Source: Magallana gigas
Taxonomy: Eukaryota
Direction of reading: 5' to 3'
Length of the DNA: 64,000 nt
Assembly (NCBI RefSeq): GCF_963853765.1
Contig: NC_088861.1
Span: 3,224,001-3,288,000 of the forward strand
Positions 13,031-25,200 of this stretch are shown here, one piece after another. The notes under the pieces were generated by a model that did not search any database, was not told where the DNA came from, and was given only the letters and a program-made list of their open reading frames with translations. How positions within the stretch are numbered: the first letter of the stretch is position 1; every line of letters starts with the position of its first letter. Made by a program: the position numbers and the translations under genes.

Positions 13031-15182
13031 AATTAACATATATACAAATATACAAAATGGAACCTTTAACGTTATCAAATATGCCTATAAAATAGATTAG
13101 ATTAAAATAGATTTATATTACTTTGAAGCTTAGAATGCAAATGACTGTTAATTATTGTAACAACAAGTTACTATCAACATCAATAAAGAGAACTTGTGCC
13201 ATTTGAATGAATTTTTTTTCAATAAGTGTTAATTGATTTTTTTAAAGTATTGTTCAAATAACTCAAAAAATTCGGAATTGAAAGCAATACAAGTATAAAT
13301 AACAACACTGCAATATTCCAGACTTAGCTATGCTTCTGCATTACCAGCTTACAATTTTTGGTCATTGTTGCAGTGTAGATAGTGCACATCTTAAGTGTAC
13401 GACTTTGCATTTAGTCACGGAAAAGTGTCTATCAATTGTCCAACTATCGGTAATAGAGTAATGCTCACACATTATTGATAGATTAGAGGAGGGAGAGGGA
13501 ACTGATTTCTTTTCAAATCGATAGTTTAATTAAAATCGAAAAATTGAAATAAACATCCGAGAAATGAAATCACTATCCACTTCACACAATGCAGAATGAC
13601 GCTCCCCCTTTTGTGAAATGCTTAGAAAAAATCTCAATATGGGTACGAATTAAATCGATGTATTTTCCCGGGATATCTTTTTATCTTCATTTTTTGCCTC
13701 GTCCTTTATCAAACCTTACAAAGAATAGAAAGCACTTCAAAACAAAGATCTTTGGGATTTTCATTTTGCTTGGATAATGAGGTAAAAGAAATCCTGGGAT
13801 ATACTTTTAAAGGAGAGCGCCATTGCACAATAGAATTTCAAGAAAGCTAACTCTGTTCCTTTTATTGAGAAACAAAAGCGGTAGAGGTTGTTCCATACAT
13901 GGATGCATAAAAGAACAGCAAAAAATTGTTATATACATGTAGGATAGATCTGCTCCAAAATAATATGCAAAATATCATTTTTATTTTAGTTATCCTAAAT
14001 CAACTCGCACGTGTACGTGCACTTTTCAAAGTGTTGTCAACTTTCAAGAAAATGTGAGGCACGAGATTGTGATGAACAAAAATACTTGTCAGTTTAGTAA
14101 GCTCCGGACATACCCTGTATCTACTGAAAGATACAGATTCAGTTCTGCTTATAATAAGGAAGTTATTAATAATGTACATATTTGCTATTGAAACGTAGAT
14201 AATTATAAGATCAGGTGTAAGTTTAACACCACTAGTAAGTTGCTTTACACCATTTTGGTATTTGTTTAATCTCCGATATCTGAACAAATATTTCGTTGTA
14301 TAACAAACATGCTTGGCATTCTATCGAAGATGGAGGTAAAGTACAAGTTGAAAAAAGCTAAAGAACTAATAAATCTAAAATTGTAGAATTATTATATTGT
14401 TGTAAATAAACATACATGTACTACTGTACAAATAATCTCTCACTTATTGATTTTTCTTTTGCTTTTAATATACTTCCTAATGTATAATGTCGCCTTGTAT
14501 TAAGCGTCTTTACATATGTAAAATCACGTAATACTTCTACTACTAAAATTAGAACTTATAATGACTAAAAGCGTTATTTTGCAAACTACCCAATACATTT
14601 GTACATAATTGCATGCTGAGGTCACATGGTACACAATTCACAACAGCCACATTAAAAATGATGACGCTTTGTGATTCTAATGGACAAAGTTATATAATGG
14701 GGATATAATATATAATATGCAAGTCCAAACGGGGAAGATTTGTTTAGCAGTATAAAATACAATATTTACATTCTACTGTGTTTTTCCATTAAATTTCGTG
14801 ATGTTTAAATGCTTCTAATTGCAACACCTATTCACTGCATATGAATTTACGAGTAATTTACATAAGTAGTTCTCAATCAGTGATGTCTATGTTATCAGTT
14901 AAAAAATCATTTCATGAATGTTGTCAAAACAGAAAGTTTTATAATTATTCAACAAAAAAGTTGACTTTATTGTTAAAAGCAACATTTCAAGAGTTATTTA
15001 TCATGGATTATATTTTCATGCTCGTCGATCTCATCTCAACAGTCTATGTGAAAACCAGTTTCAACCGGTTTTACAAAAGTAGCTGTTCTTGCTGTTACTT
15101 ATTCACTCCCTCCGTGATCTGCACTTTATATCGATTTATTCAAGTAAACAATTGATTTCTTCAGTAAGGGAATGTAAATATA

Positions 15183-15339
15183 AGCATTAAATGATTTATT
15201 TTTGACGTCGTCGTGTCAATAACTGCCGTCAGGTGAGCAGACAAATTATAATAACGCGCTTACGCGCGTTACTCAATGTGTCTGCCCACCTGACGGCAGT
15301 TATTGACACGACGACGTCAAAAATAAATCATTCAATGCT
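15183..15339. mobile_element. Near-perfect 157-bp palindrome, probably the end of a non-autonomous element
   Basis: Arms AGCATT-AATGATTTATTTTTGACGTCGTCGTGTCAATAACTGCCGTCAGGTG-GCAGACA around AACGCGCttacGCGCGTT. Confidence 0.7.
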
Positions 15340-15512
15340 ATAGTGGCTTGTGCAGAATTTGCTGTAAAAGAAATGATCGTACGTAGAAATATGGTGGTAA
15401 AGGATAAATCTATCCCTATGAAAGAGTTGTGTTCAACTATTAATTAAAGTCGCAGTGATATTCAATTTTTGACTTCAGGGGAATGCATGTTTTGTAAATC
15501 TGCTGTTAAAAC

Positions 15513-16164
15513 ATGGACTTTGTACGTGTTGTCATGAATACTGACCCGCATGTTTCTAAAAACAGGCTTTGTCGAAGTAACCAGTCGTTTATTTCCAAAA
15601 GAACACCAACAAACAGTACGTTAAGATGAAGCCCTTATATTTCTTATAATAACAGTGAAACATGAATGTTAGCGATGTTCACATACAAACATTATATTTT
15701 AAAAATTATGACAGAGGCGACTTAAAACAAATTATTTTACCTAAGCGAATTGTAAAATTTTCAAAAATGATGTGCTGTAATTTTCCAAGTAGAATGTAAC
15801 TATTCTAAGTCTATCATTTATTTTCCAGAGTGAAGAGTTCGTGCTGTATGCTTCTGTATGTCCAACTAAATTATTCGGGTACACTCCACCGCCACGCGGA
15901 TACATGTTTGTGATCGGGTTCATACAGACGCTTGCTTCATTCCTGCTTTTGCTGCCTGCTTTTGCTGCCTGCTTTTGCTGCCTTTTACCGCATTACACCC
16001 TTGGATGTATTTAGTATTCTGTGCCATGATGACGCTTTCAATTTACAGCCATAGTGTTCTTGGAAACTCTGGCAAAGTGGCGATAGCAAGCTGTATTTTA
16101 TAGCGTGTATAGCTTTATACAAAAGAGGACCTATTGCCTAATTTAAAAAATAACTCTCGCATAA
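15513..16164 (+). pseudogene. TMEM35-like pseudogene (older paralogue); exons 15513-15615 and 15829-16164
   Basis: Same two-exon layout as 4510-5099. It has a 14-bp deletion after ATGGACTTT, TGG>TGA in the ancestral frame, and a 13-bp unit CTGCTTTTGCTGC triplicated at 15943-15981 (frameshift). Confidence 0.85.
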
Positions 16165-17817
16165 GATGGAGAATAAATCTTTTGAATTGTTCATTCCAGC
16201 TGACTATAAGTTAATGTTAATAACAACTTACTTATCATTCAATACATTGTATTAAAGAAAACTTGTGAAAAATGAACATATTATTAATGCGTGTGTTTTT
16301 AAAAATATTTTGAAAATATACGTTTTACATTATAGAATATATAAATGTACTAGATCCGTTTTTGTTTGTTGAAGCTGTGAGTAGTTTACAAATCTCAGTG
16401 TTTTGACTATCTAAAATAAAATTAATTCAGCCAATGCCACATGCTGAAATACCAACAAAGTTATAACATTTTCTGCATTGTCAATTGTTTATTCTTTCAT
16501 AGTTAATGTGGGGCTTTGGTTAGTACATATATTTTATGGAATGTTTATATACAATCCAAAATGGTTTAAAATATTCTAAATATAACTATATCAAATTTTG
16601 CACTTATAGAGAATGCAGGAAAGTATTGCTTAATATGCTTCTTTAAAATAGATATAAAAGGCTTTGAAAAATTCAATTCAAGATATATAAATGTGAATTT
16701 GTTTTTGAATCATTAACTGAGAGCTCGAGCAAACATGTACAAGTAGCTGCCAATAAAAGGAATATGTTTATGTGAGAATGATAACTATTTGCATATGTTT
16801 ATATACAAATGTGGTATAAAATATTAAAGAATTTACTCTCAAACATAGACACGACGAATCGTTATATACGCGTAACAAAGATCTAGATCTGTTGCAAGAC
16901 TGCGCGATTTTCTCGGGTAAACAATATCCATACATGCATAGGTTAATTTAAAAGATCTAGTCGATTTAAAATAATCAATCGCAACTTATCGGGCCTTTTC
17001 AGCAGAACTCGGAAAATCATTTAACAGCTGGTTAAAGGAAAGGCCAGGCGTGAAGTTGGGAAATTGTGAACAAATTCCGGGGCAAGAAATTGAGGAAAAC
17101 GGAGATACCTGTATATCTACTGTAAAAAGGTATTTGGTTCCTACTATTTCAGTTGGTCTCGTTAAGATATAATTATTTGTGCCTATTTTGTAAATACGTC
17201 ATATTAATTCATCATTAGTTCATAAACAAGGCTTTATTCTGATGGGGGGGGGGCAGAATGTTGTTGGCGTTTTAATTAAAAATAGTCTCTTTGAACTTTT
17301 TTTTCAAAATAGACTGTTTATGTCTAAATCGACTTTCAGCCTCTCTTCGAAAATGAATTGCGTGTTCCTAAGTCTTAGCAATATTGTGAAGTTTACTTTG
17401 TTATTTATGAAATGTCTCTAAAATTTAATTATCGTATTACGAAAATTAAGAGTATTGTTTCAAGATGACACATTGTACAGCTATACAAAATCAAAGTAGC
17501 ATGCATGTCGAATTTACAACAGCATGTTAAGGAAACCTGGCGCTGTTTTAAATGATGTTCATTAATAAAGAAATAAAAGAGCCCTTTTTATTATATTTAG
17601 ATCTGTATAAAACATTTGCTTTTCAATGAAAATGAATCAATTGGAAATAATATCCCTTAAGCAATTTACGTACTAATACCGGTACTTTCATTTGCAAATA
17701 TGTTTCCATATATAAACCTATAGAATGAATAGCGAAGAAGGGTAAATAATGTGTGATCTTTTGAATTTCTGACTTTAGGGTAACATCTGATTTGTAACAA
17801 GAAGTGCAGGACAAAAC

Positions 17818-18405
17818 ATGGACTTTCTGAGCGTGGCTTTGTACGTCTTGTCATGGATAATGACCCTCATATTTCTGAGAGCAGGCTTGGTCAAAGTAAC
17901 TAGTCGTTTATTTTCAAAGGACCATAAAGAAACGGTAAGTAAAGATAAAATTGGAAGACATGCATAATTAATAGGACAATGATGAGGATAAAGTTGATGA
18001 CAAATCATAGTGAAATTGAAAATTAAAAACAATTATTGCAGTTGTAAAATTTGTAAAGAATGATTATTTAGTTTATTTTTTAATATCTAGAGACAAGAGT
18101 TTGCACAATATGCTAATGTGTGCCCCACTGTATTATTTGGAATCACACTTTCACCAGATGGATACATGTTTTTGGTCGGAGTCATCGAGACGCTTGCCTC
18201 TATCCTGCTTTTGGTGCCTTATACCGATTTGCATACTTGGATGTATTTAGTATTCTGTGTCATGTTGGCGCTTTCAATTTACACACATGATGTTTTAGAA
18301 CAATGCTTCAAAATGGTGTATGATATATGTCTTTTTCTAACATTTATAGTGTTATATAAAGTTGGACCTATAGCTTTAACAAACCAGGAAAACGATCTCG
18401 AATAA
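17818..18405 (+). CDS. TMEM35: TMEM35/DoxX-family membrane protein, second intact copy, 143 aa; exons 17818-17934 and 18091-18405
   Basis: Same splice sites and length as copy 1, with a few substitutions (for example THGVL>THDVL, EQYFK>EQCFK). Confidence 0.85.
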
Positions 18406-19220
18406 ATTATAATACTTGTGTGACTGCAACTCTGGAATCTTAAGTAACAGTTGATTACAAAGCGTTGTAAATGAACACTTTAAAAAATCAGTAAAGAAAA
18501 CTTGTTCGATTGAAACATTATGATTCTACATTAATGTGCTTTTTTAATTTCGTTCATAATACACATGTCAATCAATATTGCCCCATTTGCACTTAGTAGA
18601 ACTTACATGTATTGTATGTGCAGGTTTTACTAAATGCAGTCTTGGAAACAATCTTTTTTACAGTTAAGCCACAGAAAGTAACAAAACAATGCATATAGTA
18701 AAAATATATTTTATTGCATCGTAAACTGTTTATTTTCATTCATTTTTTCATTCAATGTGGAGCTTTTTTTTTAATATTATGGAACAGTTATATAGAACAC
18801 AATTATGAAAACTGCCTAACATTTTATGTGCATGATAATACATGTAGTTAAAGAATAAAATGAAAAGAATTCATGGTGGAATACGTCTGACCATGACAAA
18901 AAACATTCCTTTTCTCTCTGATTATCTTTCTGTTGCATTTCTGCCTATTTAATAAATTCTATCAGCTTAAATGGGGAAAATGAATGTTTGCTGATGAAAA
19001 TGTATATTTTTTTATCGTATCAAAGCTAATTAAGTCCTCCTTGAAAAACATGTGAAATAAAGTAAAAATTATTAGTAATATACGGAGTATAAAAATCCTA
19101 AAATATAATATACTACATTGATAAAATGTTACATTCTACAAAATTAAATATAATGTTAATTTTAAAAATTTTGATTATTCTCATGCATCTCATTATCACA
19201 ATTAATCTCATAGAGTTTAA

Positions 19221-22200
19221 TTAATCCGGATCTGACATTTCCAGTTCCGGTACATATATCTGGAAGTTGTCATAATCACTGAGAGTCCTGCATGGAGCCT
19301 TATCAGGCTCCGTCTCTTTAGCCTTATTAATGACGTCAGCAACATTACTTTCATTTTTATGACGTAACGGCCGCCATTTTTCTTCTCGGACGTTCTCGAA
19401 AACAGGTGGCTGCGCTGTAATACATTCTTCATTGTCGATGTTAATGTCAATTATAGTATTAAGGACGTCCAATGCTTTAGCCTCGTTTGCACTTGCAAAA
19501 GTGGATTTTTCGATTTTTTCGTCCTGGTAAGTCCAGTTTGGATCGTTTGTGGAACTACTTTTACTTGGAATCAGTTCTTCATGACTTCCTCTGAGGTACT
19601 CGTCCGATTTGACTGACGCACCGTCTGCTGACTTGGCGTCATCTGACACATCTGCATGAAATGTTCTTCTCTTCTGCAGAATGGGAAATGAACGCATGAT
19701 AAATTGAATGTTAAATATGAATAAAAGAGACATTTTGATGATATTTGCTTTAAATAAAACAAGTAAATGTATGTAGAGACATATTTTAAAGTTACAAAAT
19801 AAATTATCTTCATTTATGATCAAGTACATTCATGATTGAAGAATAATTATTAAGATTATCAAAATGTAAAAGAAAAAAAAGTATAATATTTTTTACCATC
19901 AATTTTTTCCCTTACTATAATCCAAGACACCAAAGAACAAAAATTGAGAAAACTGCGTTAGAGTGGGATAGTAAGTTGTGTAATAGGTGATATTAAATAG
20001 AAAAAAAAACCTTTAGATCTGTACTTACTGCTTTAGACTTCTTGCAGTAGTATACTGTTGCTATAACAACAAGTAAAAAAACCACACAGACAGATACCGC
20101 TGCAATGACGATTATTTCCGTTTCCGTTAGGCCTGTGGGTCCTACTTGTGATTTTCCGAGGTTAATATCATTTTCATCATCAACTATTTTTAATAAAACA
20201 AAAGCATAATTATAAATTTGGAGAATGAGAACAGCAATGAATAGAAATAAAGGGCAATGCTAGGCTCCATTTTTTCTTTAAAGCTCATGGTACTATTCCG
20301 CAGTTTATATTTACCTGTACAGTTTGTACCACTGTCCACCACCGTCCTGTTTTCAGTGCATGGTTCACATGTGAGCTGACCCGGAAGTGGTTGATAATGA
20401 CCTTCAGGACAAGGGACACATTGAGAGGATACCATGTACATTCCGGGGGCACAGGGAACTAGTAAAACAAAAACATCATTTTGTTTCAATGAAAACTGCA
20501 TGGTAGCAAATGATTTACTTATCCAGCATTATACATTGTGTAAAAAACTTAAGAAATAACAATCATTGTTGATCTATAAAGTTTAATTCATGAGAATTTA
20601 CAATATATAACATTGCAATACATGCAACCTTTCTAGGCAAGGAAACATTACGAAAATGAGGCAATTTTCTATTGCTATTGAAATACATACCACAATATAC
20701 TTGGCTTGTCCTGTTCACCAGATATGTCCTGTTATTACAGCTATAGGACGGACTGCCATGACTGGCGGACACTTTGGTAACGTCGGATAACCCCGACGTA
20801 CAGTTGAGTCGAGAATACGGCATGAGTAGAGAAGGAACGTGAAGAAATATCAGCGTGATATAGTCAAGACAAACCTCACGGACGTCAACGCTTTCTTCGT
20901 AGAACGTAATCAGTATTGTATTTGTTATCTGCAAAGAAATCCCAATTATAACGTTAAAGAAGTTCTTTTAAATCACTATGTTTGATACTTTTATTTAACA
21001 ATGTTATCATTAATGATCTTACTTGAAACGGGAGTGAAATTGATGTGATGTTTTCGATCTTCAAACCCCCAGCGTTTATACCCAAATCCCCACAGTAGTC
21101 TGTGATGGTCTTCTGAAATAGGTCCTTGTTTCTTTCTGTGATTTCTCGGAAATCTTGAAGACAGGACAAGGCTACTTGGTCCACAGTGCTGTAAGTCGTG
21201 TAGAGGGCGCTTGTTGTAAAGGGAATATCGTATTCTGTAGAGAGAAACGAGTATTAAATAATTACACGAAATACACCCGTTTTGCATTTGAAGTGGTAAC
21301 CTTAATAATATCCTCATAAGGGTTTAAGCAGTTTTTGGAAACATCCTATTATAATAATTATAACAGCATTAGTATTTAGCAATTAAGCATGCAATGCTCA
21401 GGTTTTAATTTTCATTGGAGAATATTTATAAAATAAAGTGACGGTTCTCCAATATAAGGTTTTCATTGTGATACAAATCAAAGACAGTTATGTATAAAAT
21501 TACAATAAGGTTCTTACCCAGACAGAGTTTCCGGTTTGGAGTCCACACATCGCCCTCACACCTGTACTCTACAGACGCCTCCCCCTCACTGGTGACGTAT
21601 CCACTGCTACACTCTACCGTACAGGTTTGGTTGTGTGCAGCGCACGTGTATTTTGAGTTTGGAATGGCTGAGGAAAGTTGGTCCAAATCACAAGGAATTG
21701 TATAACCTAGTTACAACATAGAAAAACACATATTTTGGAACATAAAATTGTCCCTAAACCGACGCATATCTTCTATTCAAATCAACTATTTCTAATAAAA
21801 CAAAATCATAATTATAAATTTGGAGAATGAGAACAGCAATGAATAGAAATAAAGGTCAATGCTAGGCTCCATTTTTTCTTTAAAGTTCATGTTACTATTC
21901 CGCAGTTTATTTTTACCTGTACAGTTTGTACCACTGTCCACCACCGTCCTGTTTTCAGTGCATGGTTCACATGTGAGCTGACCCGGAAGTGGTTGATAAT
22001 GACCTTCAGGACAAGGGACACATTGAGAGGATACCATGTACATTCCGGGGGCACAGGGAACTAGTAAAACAAAAACGTCATTTTGTTTCAATGAAAACTG
22101 CACGGAAGCAAATGATTTACTTATCCAGCAATATACATTGTGTAAAAAAAACTTAAGAAATAACAATCACTGTTGATCTATAACTATAATCTAGTCCTTC

Positions 22201-25200
22201 ATATAAAATTTAATTCATGAGAATTTACAATATATAACATTGCAATACATGCAACCTTTCTAGGCAATGAAACATTACTAAAATACGGCAATTTTCTTTT
22301 GCTATTGAAATACATACCACAATATACTTGGCTTGTCCTGTTCACCAGATATGTCCTGTTATTACAGCTATAGGACGGACTGCCGTGACTGGCGGACACT
22401 TTGGTAACGTCGGATAACCCCGACGTACAGTTGAGTCGAGAGTACGGCATGAGTAGAGAAGGAACGCGAAGAAATATCAGCGTGATATAGTCAAGACAAA
22501 CCTCACGGACGTCGACGCTTTCTTCGTAGAACGTAATCAGTATTGTATTTGTTATCTGCAAAGAAATCCCAATTATAACGTTAAAGAAGTTCTTTTAAAC
22601 CACTATGTTTGATACTTTTATTTAACAATGCTATCATTAATGATCTTACTTGAAACGGGAGTGAAATTGATGTGATGTTTTCGATCTTCAAACCCCCAGC
22701 GTTTATACCCAAATCCCCACAGTAGTCTGTGATGGTCTTCTGAAATAGGTCCTTGTTTCTTTCTGTGATTTCTCGGAAATCTTGAAGACAGGACAAAGCT
22801 ACTTGGTCCACAGTGCTGTAAGTCGTGTAGAGGGCGCTTGTTGTAAAGGGAATATCGTATTCTGTAGAGAGAAACGAGAACACATTACCTGTCGATTTTT
22901 CTTTCTTTTGAATTACCAAATATTAAATAATTACACGAAATACACCCGTTTTGCATTTGAAGTGGTAACCTTAATAATATCCTCATAAGGGTTTAAGCAG
23001 TTTTTGGAAACATTCTATTATAATAATTATAACAGCATTAGTATTTAGCAATTAAGCATGCAATGCTCAGGTTTTAATTTTCATTGGAGAATATTTATAA
23101 AATAAAGTGACGGTTCTCCAATATAAGATTTTCATTGTGATACAAATCAAAGACAGTTATGTATAAAATTACAATTAGGTTCTTACCCAGACAGAGTTTC
23201 CGGTTTGGAGTCCACACATCGCCCTCACACCTGTACTCTACAGACGCCTCCCCCTCACTGGTGACGTATCCACTGCTACACTCTACCGTACAGGTTTGGT
23301 TGTGTGCAGCGCACGTGTATTTTGAGTTTGGAATGGCTGAGGAAAGTTGGTCCAAACCACAAGGAATTGTATAACCTAGTTACAACATAGAAAAACACAT
23401 ATTTAAGAACATAAAATTGTCCCTAAACCGACGCATATCTTCTGTTCCAACTGCAAATTTAAGTTTCATAATTTCCTAAAACTTTTTTGTCGAGTTTTAC
23501 AATCACTTATCTGGCAACAAGTCTGGCTGTACTATAACAACTTCCATTCTATAAACCTATTAAATGACAAGGACTCTATGCCACTTTTTATATATTTTTG
23601 AACAATCTCGTAATTCAATAATGAATAGTTATTTCATACGGGTGAGAACAGATGCCTTGGATAAATATGTTAATTTGTCCATCAGTATCTTCCACTGACC
23701 TTTGGTCGTCCGCAGTGCTGTGGTAGTCGGTGAAGAGCTCGTGGATTTCTCTGTCGATGTTTCAGTCGTTTCTATGGTAACAACCGTTGTTGTCAAAGAC
23801 ACAGACGTTGACAATATTGTCGAAATTGACGTCAAGACGTTTTGTGTCGTTTCCTTTGTCTCTGCTAAATCAGTTGTTATGGTCTGCTCTGTTGTAGTCA
23901 ATTCCGTTGATTGCTCTGTGACATTTGGTAATAACGTCACTTCCGTTGGTGGCGAGGACCCAGCGTGAGATATATTACCCAAAGTTGTGATTTCTAAATT
24001 GTAATAAAAAACCTCAAACATAATAAAATCTAATGGCAAATTCTACATAGTTAACTCTTTATGTTCTTATACTAATAATTAAGTTCAAACCTACTTTTCT
24101 CATCATAGTCATACCTTCTAGTCGACATTCAGTGCGGTCCTCGTTTACTTTTGTCCAATCAGAGCAGTTTTGACAAAAAGTTTGGCCAATAAATGGTTGA
24201 TAAGTTCCATTGGGACACGGTAAGCATGTCAAATCATTTTGAAATGTCCCAGCTGAACATGGAACTATGAAGAATGGTCAAAATGAAAAAAAAAAATTGT
24301 CAAATCTCGTACCTAAAATATTATAATAAAGACTATATCTTATAATGGTACCATTAATATAAACAAACTAAGGTAGTAATAAGGAATTTGTAGAGGAATT
24401 ACTATAAAGAAATATTGTAATTTACTGAATTAATAACAACTGTATAGGCAGGTATAGTATCATCTTTTGCAATGGTACTGAAACTAATGTGAATCAGACC
24501 ATTACTTTTAATTATACAGTATACGTTTTCTTTTGATTAAAGTTTTGAACTCGTACAGTTGGTTTCTACACAATCATCATTTTACATTGATATGTAAGAA
24601 TTTTACTTGGTTTCAGTAAAACAAACCCAAAATGACAAAATCAGTTCACTCACTTTGTTTAGTTTTAGAACTCTGACTTACTGCAGTAGGACGCCTCTGT
24701 GGAGTTGATGACGAGCCGTCCATCCGGACAGTTAAGCACATCGCCGGATCTTTGTGCCGATACTTTGGTCACATTGGTTCGCCCGTCCGTGCATTGTAGG
24801 ACTGTGTATGGATGGAGATAAGTCGTCCGACTTTGAAAAGTAATTTTTATTATGTCCATGCACACATCCATTATTTTTGTTGGCCATGATCCATAAAATT
24901 TCAGATGAAATGTCATTTTTATCTGTTAGAACATTGATAATTGTATTATGACAAAAAACACTTTTTTTAATTGATACTGACGCATTTACCATAATTAATA
25001 TCTAGAGAAAAGTTAAATAGCACACTTTTTACAAAATAATTCTCCAAACGTAAGTAAATAATCTTAAAATATGATAGAAAATAAACTAAGTCAATACAAA
25101 ACTTTGTAATCAATATTTGGGCAATGGCATTCATAAAATGGGGGATTTAGATTGTACAGGTTTTCCCAAAATAAAAAACTAATGAAATTTTGTAATTATT

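Noticed and set aside
12576-13100. 174-aa repetitive ORF
   Set aside because: It is the translation of the 60-bp tandem array, which happens to be stop-free; no gene context.
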